Assembly: GCF_964213995.1 (NCBI RefSeq) | Contig: NC_135834.1 | Span: 17,298,001 to 17,362,000 of the forward strand | Length of the DNA: 64,000 nt | Reading direction: 5' to 3' | Origin: Mustelus asterias | Taxonomy: Eukaryota | Shown: in pieces, positions 49,709-61,799 of the stretch | Layout: each line of letters opens with the position of its first letter | Position numbering within the stretch: position 1 is the stretch's first letter | Position numbers and translations under genes: made by a program | The notes under the pieces: generated by a model | Told to the model about the DNA's origin: nothing | The model's database searches: none | The model's input: the letters and a program-made list of their open reading frames with translations, nothing else

Positions 49709-49781
49709 TGTTGCTGCTAGGATTCCAACCGGGGACTTTTTCTTTGTGAGGTGAATCTGTTCCCCACTCCCCGACAGAAAC
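49709..49781 (-). pseudogene. Highly degenerate tRNA-Val(CAC)-like pseudogene
   Basis: Minus strand GTTTCTGT...TTCACCTCACA...GTCCCCGGTTGGAATCC...AACA; about 73 nt. Confidence 0.45.
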
Positions 49782-52700
49782 TCTGCGCCCTGATGACCCA
49801 AATATTTTATTGAAGACAGTTTCCCTTGTCCAGTGACTAGAAGAGTTGGATTTGGATTCTTCATACTGTTTTCATAATATATACTTTCTAAAATGTCTTT
49901 ATGCAATTGATTTCAAAAGCAGTTTATTCTGATCAAACACATCCTCATTATTTCTTTCACTCAACAAAACAATCTAATTCCACGTGGTCTACGAACTGGA
50001 AAGCTGAGTTCAATTTCCAGTCTCTGGAGGAGGGGTTCATAATCCCACCATTGCCAAATTTTCAATGGAGGCAGATCAGAATTGGGACTAATTTCCGGAA
50101 TATAGTTCACACATATGTGAAGTGCCCCTTGCCTGTTAATGAGCTGTTATTTTATAATCAAAATATTAGATCAAATTCTCTGCCGCAATGTTAACGTTTT
50201 CAGTCCAATTTCAGGGGCAGGTCTCCTTCCGGACACTTTAGAAATTTCCTTTGGGTGAACAAGAGGCAACTCCCTTCTTCCGAAGGCAGCTCAGAGTCAA
50301 CCACATTGCTGTGGCTCTGGAGTCACAAGTAGTCTAGACAGGGTAAGGATGGCGGATTCCCTTCTCTAAATGACACAGTGAACCAGATGGTTTTTTTTCG
50401 ACAATTGACAATGGTTTCATACTCATCAGTAGATGCTTGATTCCAGACATTTTTTATTGAATTCAAATTCTGACGGGATTCGATCCTGGGTTGCCACAAC
50501 ATTACATCTGATCCTGAATTAATAGGCTAACGATAACACTAGGCCATCGCTTCATAAGGAGGAATAGAATCGGAGGCCAGAAAGGGGGACGGGGCCTGTG
50601 ACGACTGTGTGGAGTTGTTAGCCAATGCCAAAAAGTTCAGCCCCAAACAATATTAGCTACGATTTGATTTTTTGACAGCAGAGCCTTCACAACCAATGCA
50701 CTACAATGTGTAGATAAACTATTTGATAAGAACGTTTTGAGTGCAACTGTCACATTTTTTTCAACAAGTTGATTCAGATTTCCAACAGAGAGATCATATG
50801 AGCAATGTATATATCAAATGGTGCAGTGAGGTTTCTATAACTGTGTGATCGCTTGTGGAACAGTTTATTCTTCAGCCTTTCCCCTGCTTGTGAACGAACA
50901 GATAAACAACAGATGGACGATTATGAGAAAGGAATTATCTAAATATTTCACGGTGTAAAATTCTCCATTCCCAGACAGCTGGAATTATTTCCACCAAGAG
51001 GGGGAGTTAGATAGTCAATGTGGATCACAGGGAACTCTTGGACTGTCACTAAACAAATCAGTCAATCTGCTACCCATACGCCCATCTTTGCAATTCTGAA
51101 GCTCGATGTTGGTCCTCAAGTTTAAGTTAAGTTTATTTATTCATCACAAGTAGGTTTACACTAACACTAAGTGTACAGAAGGCTAAATTCTCCTTCTGTG
51201 TACCCAAACAGGCGCCAGAGTGTGGCAACTGGGAGATTTTCACAATAACTTCATTGCAGTGTGAATATAAGACTACTTGTGACTAATAAATCAACTTTAA
51301 GTAATAGAAGGCTCTAACTATTACAAGGGAGAGTCAATTGATAACGAATTAACCTTGTGTCAATAATATCTCTAGATCGATAAAATTGCACTCACAAACA
51401 CAGAAAGGCATGACGTAAAAGATCTGATGCTGAGGAAGGGGGACGTGGCACATCTTCAATTATCACCAATGATACAAAGGATTTAACGTGTGTTTGGAAT
51501 GCAGGTTGCAGAGGTGATTAAGATTAATTTCGAACTGGTCTCCAGAAGACAATATCAGTGATTAATGTGAGGTTAACTGTCCGGTTTCATGGAATCTAAA
51601 CCTCGATTTTGCTGAATAGCAGCTGTGTAATATTTGCAATCATTCTGTTTCTGATATGTCTCATGTATCAACTGAAGGATCAACCTTATTCCCATAATCC
51701 CCACTAAATTCACACTTACAAGCAGATCGGAATGTTGAAATTGTCGGCTGGCATTACTTAACAGAAATCTTCGTCAAGATTTTAATTCACTTTAGATCAG
51801 TAACACTGTGTGATCCAATATTCTTCTTTTCGTGAACCTGCTTGGGCACATTTGTTGGCATTGGGTAACATCGTCCAAAATGAATGCAAAGTTTTTTCAT
51901 AAACATGTATTTTGCAAGATGAGTTTAAATCATCTTGTTTGCTCAGTGATTGTGATTAATGTCAGTCAGCACATAGTTTAATTGTCTCACTGGGGTATTC
52001 CTCACTCTAAATAGGGAATATTTTCAATGGGTGTAGCAATGTTTAACTGAGAGTGGTCTCCAGAACAGACAGCGATCATTGAATCTCCGAGTCAGTGCAA
52101 CCATGTTCTGGACTTTTCCACTTGAGCTTCATATTCTTTGGGTACTTTGGGATATCCAAATGATTTACCACCCGCTCCTCGCTGCAATTGGTGTCTCTGG
52201 TGACCGTTATTTCACAGCATTTATCACCCGTTCCATGAGATGTAGTTATTAATAGCATTCTGTAACCTTCTTGGTCTGTAACTACGAATCCATTGGAACA
52301 TTTCATGTAACATTTGATCACTATCAGACTCAGAAACAGTTTACAACAGCTACAATGCATGGCCACTATTATTTTGTTTTAGATTTGATTAAATTCGGAG
52401 ATCACCACACAAAACGCTTTCAACGTCCAGTTCCCTTTCATGGGAAGATGCAGATTGCTTTCTGCACTAAATCGCAGTATGAATCAGGAACATGTATGGT
52501 TAGAAACATTTCAAAGCTGACTTATGTAGTTAATGATGCTGATCTGTGAAAACTGGTGCTGGCAGGCAGATAGATCACAAATACACTCTGATATATGAAG
52601 CAATGTCCAATACAATTCATCTTTTCCCACTCTGCCTCATGATTACGTGATCTATACCTCAGGACAGAAATGGAACTTAAATGCTTGTTCCAGTAAAATG

Positions 52701-53043
52701 GTTATTTCAGTTGCGGTGCATTGTTGAACCTCGAGGGGCTTTATCAAAGTTTTTCGACTTACACATATTAGGAGAGCTTGAAATAAATGACCAACTCTAA
52801 CAGGGGGACAAAACATCAGATTGCATGAGAAGATAGAGTTGATTAGGTGGCAAGTGGACTCTGATTGCTGGAGGTTTAAACTTATAAAGAAATTTCCAGG
52901 AGCTGACCCTGGAGAGATCCCATGGCAACACCATATATTTTGGCCTTGATTGTATTGCTCCCTCACCCAAACGAGTTGCTAAATTCACCATTTCATCTAG
53001 TACAGACACAGTTATCCATTGTGCACATGGAACACCATACCAG

Positions 53044-53220
53044 GGGGCAGCACGGTGGCACAGTGGTTAACACTGCTGCCTCACAGCGCGAGGGACCCAG
53101 GTTTGATTCCCGACTTGGGTCATTGTCTGTGTGGAGTTTGCACGTTTTCTCCATGTCTGTGCGGGTTTCCTCCAAGTGCGCTGATTTCGCCCCATAGTCC
53201 AAAGATGTGCTGGTTAGGTT
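53044..53220 (+). mobile_element. HE1-like SINE 5' part, truncated by the Penelope element
   Basis: GGGCAGCACGGTGGCACAGTGGTTAACACTGCTGCCTCACAGC head. Confidence 0.78.
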
Positions 53221-53223
53221 TCG

Positions 53224-54457
53224 GAGCACAAGCTTTCGGAGTGTCCCTCCTTCTTCAGGTGAGTGAGGAGTTGAGTTCACAAACAGGGCATACATAGACA
53301 CAGACTCAGTTTACAAGATTTTGCTTGGAATGCGAGTCTTTACAGGTAATCAAGTCTTAAAGGTACAGGCAATGTGAGAGGAGAAAGGGTTAAGCACAGG
53401 TTAAAGAGGTGTGTATTGTCTCCAGCCAGGACAGTTAGTGAGATTTTGCAAGCCCAGGCAAGTTGTGGGGGTTACAGATAGTGTGACATGAACCCAAGAT
53501 CCCGGTTGAGGCCATCCTCATGTGTGCGGAACTTGTGTGCGACAGTTCCGACGCGCGACAGTTCCGACGCGCCACAGTGAAAAATTGCACCGACCTCCTC
53601 AGAAGACAAGCATGGAACACAGCGAAGAGTACCCTTCGTCGTCCAGTACTTCCCCGGAGCGGAGAAGCTACGACATCTTCTCCAGAGCCTTCAACATGTC
53701 ATCGATGAAGACGAACATCTCATCAAGGCCATCGCCACACCTCCACTTCTTGCCTTCAAACAACCACACAACCTCAAACAGACCATTGTCCGCAGCAAAC
53801 TACCCAGCCTTCAGGAGAACAGTGACCACGACACCACACAACCCTGCCACAGCAACCTCTGCAAGACGTGCCGGATCATTTACATGGATGCCATCATCTC
53901 ACGTGAGAACACCATCCACCAGGTACACGGTACCTACTCTTGCGACTCGACCAACGTTGTCTACCTGATATGCTGCAGGAAAGGATGCCCCAAGACATTG
54001 TACATTGGGGAGACCATGCAGATGCTACGACAACGGATGAATGAACACCGCTCGACAATCACCAGGCAGGAGTGTTCTCTTCCTGTCGGGGAACACTTCA
54101 ACATTCACGGGCATGCAGCCTCTGATCTTCGGGTTCTCCAAGGCGGCCTTCACGACAAACGGCAACGCAGAATCGCTGAGCAGAAACTGAGAGCCAAGTT
54201 CCGCACACATGAGGGCGGCCTCAAACGGGATCTTGGGTTCATGTCACACTATCTGTAACCCCCACGACTTGCCTGGGCTTGCAAAACCTCACTAACTGTC
54301 CTGGCTGGAGACAATACACATCTCTTTAACCTGTGCTTAACCCTCTCACCACTTACATTGTCTGTACCTTTAAGACTTGATTACCTGTAAAGACTCGCAT
54401 TCCAACCATCATCTTGTAAATTGAGTTTGTGTCTATATAATGCCCTATTTGTGAACA
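53224..54457. mobile_element. Penelope-like element with inverted ends (minus 53224-53535, plus about 53556-54457)
   Basis: GIY-YIG ORF 53884-54258 on the plus strand; about 53275-53535 is the diverged reverse complement of about 54195-54456. Confidence 0.85.
53227..53261 (-). ncRNA. Minimal type I hammerhead ribozyme motif
   Basis: CAC-CUGAAGA-A-GGAG ggaca CUCC-GAA-AGCU-U-GUG. Confidence 0.7.
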
Positions 54458-54459
54458 CC

Positions 54460-54672
54460 AGGGAGACTAAAGGACAATTTAGTTTGGCCAATCAACCTCT
54501 CCTTTGCATCTTAGGAATGTGGGAGGAAACCAGAGCACCAGGAGGAAACCCACGCACACACGGGGAGAACGTGCAAACTCCACACAGACAATCTCCCAAG
54601 GCTGGAATATGATCCAGGGTCCCTGGTGTTATGAGGCAGCAGTTCAAACCCCTGTCCTAACCACTGTGCCAC
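54460..54672 (-). mobile_element. HE1-like SINE 5' part
   Basis: Reverse-complement head TAACCACTGTGCCAC and central domain. Confidence 0.72.
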
Positions 54673-56219
54673 TCATAAAACTTTACAAGCGACATCAAAT
54701 GTTGGAGTGGCGATCAGTTTGGACATTAGCTTTCATATTTTGCTCAATTACCATTTCATTATCACTGATCCAAAGGTGAGGTTCACATTGAATTTAATGA
54801 TTTGTTCCACTGTTCCTGAATGTTGGATCACAGAACATGAAGGTGGTATGATTCTTGACGGATGTCACATTTGCCAGAAGTTGTATCAATGTGTTGGATT
54901 ATAGGAGTGATCATGTGTGGTTGTAATTGCAAGAGCCGTTGTAAAGGCTGCAGCTGTAGAAGTGAGAATAATTTTGAACTTGTGGGTACAACTGATGTGA
55001 GGATGATTGGCTTCAGAAAGGAAATGTATTTCCATTAGCACAGATTAATTATCTTGTTTAAATAAAAAGAAGAACTATATTAAACATACTCTTGGTTGAC
55101 ACGACTGATTGCGGCCTGAGAAGTTATTTTCCCTTTATGGATATTCTGGAAAAATATCTCATACTTGTCGAATAATGAAACGACCATTTGGAACTGAAAT
55201 GCTGAGCATTTCCTTCCCTGAATCCAATTGACCATCAATGCTTACAATTTCAATATAGTTAAGAGTTTTAGTAGTTAGCATTCGGACAATCATGTTACAA
55301 ATGGATAAGTGGATATGACGTACAAGTAGAGTTCCAGTAGATAACCTGCCACAGTGTAACTGGATGGTGGAGCATGTTCAAAGGGCTGCTGCATGGCCTA
55401 GACTAGCCCAAGTAATATTGCCCATGTGTATGGGACTCACATTTCAACTAACTGCTCATTTACTCCTAACATAAAACCCACAAGTAACATTCACATATTC
55501 ACTGAGCTGTGATAACCACAATAATTCACATTACATATACATACCAAATCTTTCTCTTTCTCAAACACACAGGCGTATTTATTCACTTCCCATCTATTCA
55601 TGGAATACATGAGGGTAAGTGGCTGCGAGGCTTTGTGAAATCTGAAGCTGGGAGTGAACGCACTGTTCACCTCACAAACACTTGATAACTCTCTCTCCTT
55701 CACACAATCCCTTTCTCTCTATAACAGCCAACGTATATTTCTCTCCCACACACGAACCCTCTCTCAACCACACAATCTCTATCACACGCACAATATTGCT
55801 ATCTCTCAAATGTTCTCGCTTTCACACACAATCAGTCTCTGAAACACACACATGGGCCGAGATTCTCCAACCTCTCAGACGCTGGTGGGAGGTGGCGCGT
55901 TGTTTGCTAGGGGCGGGAATCTCTGTCCCCACCACTGTCAATGGTAATCCCATTGACGTCTCCCCACACCAGCAGAGGATGACATGCTGGCACAAGGCAG
56001 GAAATGCACATCATATCTGTTGGCTTATTTTATTTCTTGCTCCGTCAGTTCAGTGCTTTAACCTCTGTCTCCAACTGCAACAGAGGTTACAAGTGAAGTC
56101 ATTCTATTCTAAGTCTGGATTCAGTAAAAATGCTGTAGCTGTTCCCCCAGAAGCCTGACAGACCGTTGCTCCTATTCTTAGTCTGAAATATGAGTTCATT
56201 GTGTCTCTCTTCCTTTCAG

Positions 56220-59200
56220 TGAACTTATTGACGATTCTCATCCTGTCTCGAGGAAGGTGTGGGCTTTCCAAATATGTCACACGTTACCTCATTTCCATGT
56301 CAGCAGTAGACCTACTGATCGTTATCATTGACTTCATCTTGAGGCAAATTGCTATCTCTTTTATTGACCAATTTCTGTTAATTGCTCACATTAAAGTATG
56401 TAATATCCATGCCGTCCTGCTTTACGCGGTCACTGATTGTTCTGTATGGTTCACTGTCACTTTCACCTTTGATCGATTCGTGGCCATTACTTGCCAGAAA
56501 CTGAAAATAAAATACTGCACAGAGAAAACGGCAGCTGTGGTTCTCGGAACAGCGAGTGTGTTGTTCAGTAGAAAGAACACTTTCTGGTACTTCATGTGTA
56601 AGGGTACATATTATTTGAGCAATAGTCCTTGGTTTTGTTATGTAACTCATGCTGTTGCCGAATCAAGAACATGGGCAGCAGTTGAAATTCTACATTATAT
56701 TTTAACCCCGTTTGTTCCTTTCTTGTTGATTCTGCTCCTCAATGTTTCAACCATTAAACACATTCTAGTCTTGAGCAATGTCCACAGGAGACTTTGGAGC
56801 CACAGGAGTGGGTCAAAGTGACCCAGTGATAGAGAAGAGAAGGAATTCCATTACCTTATTGTTTGTTGTATCGGGAAATTTTGTTTTGTTATGGTCAGTT
56901 TTCCTGATCTATTCTTTTTGTGGCCGATTAGAAAAAATTCAAAATAATCCATTTATATGTTCCCGGATTTGTGCAGGAACTGGGATTTATGCTCCAACTC
57001 CTGAGTTGTTGCACCAACAAATTCATTTATACCATAACCCAAACACAATGCGTTGGGAGTGGGCAGCGGTGTGAGAGGGAGCTGAGTGAGAACTGAGGGG
57101 CTTTGGCTCATCGGGCTTAGGCAGAAAGGGCGAGCAGGGGTGAGTTTCTTATTTTTTTATTTATTTCTAATTTACTCTTCTCTGTGTACCTTGGAAGAAA
57201 GGGTGAAATATGAGTGTTAAGCCAGTGTGGTGCTCGCAGTGCAGTATGTGGGAGGTCCTGGAGGCACCTGGCCTCCTGGACATGCACATCTGTGAGGGGT
57301 GTGTCGAGCTGCGGTTCCTGAGGGCCCGTGTTAGGGAGCTGGAACTGCAGCTTCACGATCTTAGGCAGGTGAGGGAGAATGAGGAGGTGATAGACAAGAG
57401 CTATCATCAGGTGGTCACACCAGGGACACGGGAGGAGGCCAAGTGGGTGACAGCCAGGGAGGGTAAAACACGGGTGATTGAGAGCACCCCGGTGGAAGTG
57501 CCCCTACATAACAAGTACTCCTGTCTGACTACTGTTGGGGGGGACAGCCCATCTGGGGGAAGCAGCAGTGGCCGTGTCTCCGGGGTGGAGTCCGGCCCTG
57601 TAACTCAGAGGGCTAAGGAAAGGAGGAGGAAGGCGGTATTAATCGGGGACTCGACAGTCAGGGGGACGGACAGGGGATTTTGCGAAGGCAGGCAGGAGTC
57701 TCGCATGGTGGTCTGCCTCCCTGGGGCTGGGATCCAGGATGTCGCTGGGCGAGTCCCAGAAATCCTGAGGTGGGAGGGAGAGGAGCCGGAGGTAGCGGTA
57801 TATATTGGTACCGCTGATGTGGGTAAGAAGGGGGAAGGGAACATGAAAAAAGGGTATAGGGAATTAGGGAGACAGCTGAGAAGGAGGAAAGCAAAGGTAG
57901 TAATCTCGGGATTGCTGCCTGTGCCACGGGAAGGTGAGGAAAGGAATGGAGTGAGGTGGAGGATGAATGTGTGGCTGAGGGAATGGTGCAGGGGGCAGGG
58001 ATTCAGGTTCCTGGACCATTGGGACCTCTTTAGGGGCAGGTGTGACCTGTATACTAAAAACGGGTGGCACTTGAATCCCAGGGGGACCAATATCCTGGCA
58101 GAAAGGTTGGCTAAGGCTACTGGGGAGAGTTTAAACTAGATAGGTTGGGGGGAGGGGATCAAAGCGACGTGACTGAGAGTGAGGAAGGTAGCTCGCAAAC
58201 AGAGAAGGGTTATAGGCAGTGCAAGAGGGCAGGTGGACTGGGAACAGAGAAGGGGAGAGGTCAGACCATAGGATTGAGAGGTGTCTACTCTAATGCCAGG
58301 AGTATAGTGAATAAACAACTAGCTAAAGGAGGAGAGGGCTTGGGGGATGTTAGTAGCGCTTCAACAGACCGGGTCCAGATAAAGGCTGGCATAAAGACAC
58401 TTTGCCTGAATGCACGAAGCATTCGAAACAAAGTAAATGAGTTGATGGCACAAATCCATACAAATGAATATGATCTAGTGTCCATCACAGAAACGTGGTT
58501 GCAGGGTGACCGGGACTGGGAACTGAATATACAGGGTTATCAGGCATTTAGGAAGGATAGACAGGTAGAAAAAGGAGGTGGGGTAGCTTTGTTAATAAAG
58601 GATAATATCAGGACGGTAGTGAGAGACGACATAGGCTCTAAGGAGCAAAACGTGGAATCGTTGTGGGTGGAGATAAGGAATAGTAGGGGGAGAAAGACAC
58701 TGGTAGGCGTGGTCTATAGGCCCCCAAATAATAACTTAGAGGTGGGGAGGGCGATAAACAAGCAAATAATGGATGCGTGCAAAAGTGGAACGGCAATAAT
58801 CATGGGGGATTTTAACCTACATATTGATTGGTCGACTCAAATTGGACGTGGAGGGCTTGAGGAAGAGTTCTTGGAATGCTGTCGGGATTGTTTCATTGAA
58901 CAGTATGTTACAGAACCTACGAGAGAGCGAGCTATCTTGGATCTGGTTCTGTGCAATGAGACAGATAGGATTAAGGATCTTCTTGTGAAGGATCCTCTTG
59001 GGATGAGTGATCATAATATGGTGGAATTTCTGATACAGATGGAGGGTGAGAAAGTAGGGTCCCAAACCAGTGTCCTCTGCTTGAACAGAGGGGAGTACGA
59101 TAGGATGAGGGTGGAATTGGCTAATGTAGACTGGGCGAGCAGACTGGTAGGTAGGACAGCTGAGGAACAGTGGAGGATTTTTAAGGAGATTTTTTTAAGT

Positions 59201-61369
59201 ACTCAGCAAAAATATATTCCGGTGATAAAGAAGGACTGTAAGAAAAAGGATAACCGGACGTGGATCACGAAGGAAATAAAGGAGAGTATTAAAATAAAAT
59301 CAGATGCGTACAGAGTGGCCAAAAATAGTGGAGAATTAGTGGATTGGGAAAGCTTTCAAGAAAAACAAAGAACGACTAAGAAAGCGATTAAGAAAGGAAA
59401 GATAGATTATGAAACTAAACTAGCTCAAAATATAAAAAATGATAGTAAAAGTTTTTACAAGTATATAAAAAGGAATAGAGTGGCTAGAGTGAATGTTGGA
59501 CCCTTGGAAGATGAGAGGGGGGATTTAATAGTGGAAAACGAGGAAATGGCTGAGACTTTAAATAAGTTCTTTGTGTCGGTCTTTATGGTGGAAGACACAA
59601 ATAGTTTGCCGAATATTTGAGATCGAGAGTTGGTGGGAGGGGAGGTCCTTAATACAATTACTGTTACTAAGGAGGTGGTGCTTGGTAGACTAATAGGACT
59701 GAAGGTAGACAAGTCCCCGGGCCCGGATGGAATGCATCCCAGGGTACTGAAAGAAATGGCTGAGGTAATAGCAGATGCGTTAGTAGTAATTTATCAAAAT
59801 TCGCTGGACTCTGGGGTAGTGCCGGCTGACTGGAAAACAGCTACTGTTACGCCGCTGTTTAAAAAAGGAAGTAGTCAAAAGGCGGGTAACTACAGGCCGG
59901 TTAGCTTAACGTCCGTAGTTGGGAAGATGCTCGAGTCCATTATTAAAGAGGAAATAACAGAGCACCTGAATAAGAATGGTTCGATCAAGCAGACGCAGCA
60001 TGGATTCATGAAGGGAAAGTCGTGTTTGACGAATCTACTGGACTTTTATGAAGATGTCACTAGTGCGGTTGACAGAGGGGAACCGGTGGAAGTGGTGTTT
60101 TTAGATTTCCAGAAGGCGTTCGATAAGGTGCCTCACAAAAGGTTGCTGCAGAAGATTGGGGTACACGGAGTTAGGGGTAAGGTGTTGGCGTGGATTGGGG
60201 ATTGGCTATCTAACAGGAAGCAGAGAGTTGGGATAAATAGGTGCTTTTCTGGTTGGCAGTTGGTGACCAGTGGCGTGCCGCAGGGATCGGTGCTGGGGCC
60301 TCAATTGTTTACCATTTACATAGATGATCTGGAGGAGGGGACTGAATCTAGGGTATTCAAGTTTGCTGATGACACGAAGGTGAGTGGGAAAGCGAATTGT
60401 GTGGAGGACGCGGAAAGTCTGCAGAGAGATTTGGATAGGCTGAGTGAGTGGGCGAGGATCTGGCAGATGGAATATAACGTTGGCAAATGTGAGGTTATCC
60501 ACTTTGGAAGAAATAATAGTAAATTGGAATATTATTTAAATGGAGAAAAATTACATCGTGCGACTGTGCAGAGGGACCTGGGGGTCCTTGTGCACGAATC
60601 GCAAAAACTCAGTCTGCAGGTGCAGCAGGTGATCAAGAAGGCGAATGGAATGTTGGCCTTTATCGCGAGGGGGATAGAATATAAAAGCAGGGAGGTCTTG
60701 CTGCAACTGTACAAGGCACTGGTGAGGCCGCAACTAGAGTACTGTGTGCAGTTTTGGTCCCCTTATTTGCGAAAGGATATATTGGCCATGGAGGGAGTGC
60801 AGAGAAGGTTCACCAGGTTGATACCGGAGATGAGGGGTGTAGCTTATGAGGAGAGATTAAACAGATTGGGTCTGTCCTCGTTGGAGTTTAGAAGGATGAG
60901 GGGTGATCTTATAGAGACATATAAGATAATGAAGGGGCTGGATAGGGTAGAGGTGGAGAGATTCTTTCCACTTAGAAGGGAAACCAGAACTAGAGGGCAC
61001 AGCCTCAAAATAAGGGGGGGCCCGGTTCAGAACAGAGTTGAGGGGGAACTTCTTCTCTCAGAGGGTAGTGAATCTCTGGAGTTCTCTGCCCATTGAAGTG
61101 GTGGAGGCTTCCTCGTTGAATATGTTTAAATCACGGGTAGATAGTTTTCTGATCGATATGGGAATTAGGGGATATGGGGAGCAGGCGGGTAAGTGGAACT
61201 GATTCGCTTCAGATCAGCCATGATCTTGTTGAATGGCGGGGCAGGCTCGAAGGGCCAGATGGCCTACTCCTGCTCCTATTTCTTATGTTCTTATGTTCAA
61301 TTCAGAGAGAATCTGAAGAATTTGGTGAAACTTCCATTGACTGGAATTTTGCAATTTATTAAACTTTGA
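56220..61369 (+). pseudogene. Divergent GPR139-like GPCR pseudogene, main exon 56220-57049 plus C-terminus 61298-61369, interrupted by a CR1
   Basis: Acceptor tcctttcag|TG at 56220; NLLTILILSRGRCGLSK, AVDLL, FTFDRFVAI. Frameshifts near 56810 and 56950. QELGFMLQLLSCCTNKFIYTITQTQ resumes after the LINE as FRENLKNLVKLPLTGILQFIKL*. AATAAA at 61411. Exon 1 was not identified. Confidence 0.82.
57050..61297 (+). mobile_element. Apparently full-length CR1 LINE (ORF1 57210-58139; ORF2 58145 to about 61200, with one stop and one frameshift)
   Basis: ORF1 has CxxC...CxxC, a coiled coil and GDS esterase motifs. ORF2 has APE plus RT (KFADDTK), TGA at 59618-59620 and a frameshift near the G-run at about 61014-61020. 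(TTCTTATG)n tail; CAAT is duplicated at 57046 and 61298. Confidence 0.92.
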
Positions 61370-61799
61370 TCCGACATTGAGTCACCACAGCTTGCTCATC
61401 TTGTGTTCTGAATAAAACTACCTTGCAGTGAGACTCACACAGTGACGTCACTTTTCCGTTTATCAACCAGATTAAGCAATGGACACGAATAGTAAACTTT
61501 GAAAAAGAAAGTCCAAAACTTTTACACTAGATTTCAGTCATTAGATCCTCTAATTCAGCATGGACTGGACACACTGAGTTCCAGTGCAGATTCTCCTGTT
61601 AATTTGGGAGGGAGGTTACTGACTGCAGCATTTTACTTCAGCTCTAACCCATCTCCATGCTCCAACAGAAAGAGAGAACTCTGTCCTAGCCTCAGCACTA
61701 CCCACCATCCACCCAACTCCTCTCCGAACTCCCCAACACCCAGCCCAAACCACACCTTCCACCATCCACTCCCATTCACCATCTACCAGAACGCTTCCC

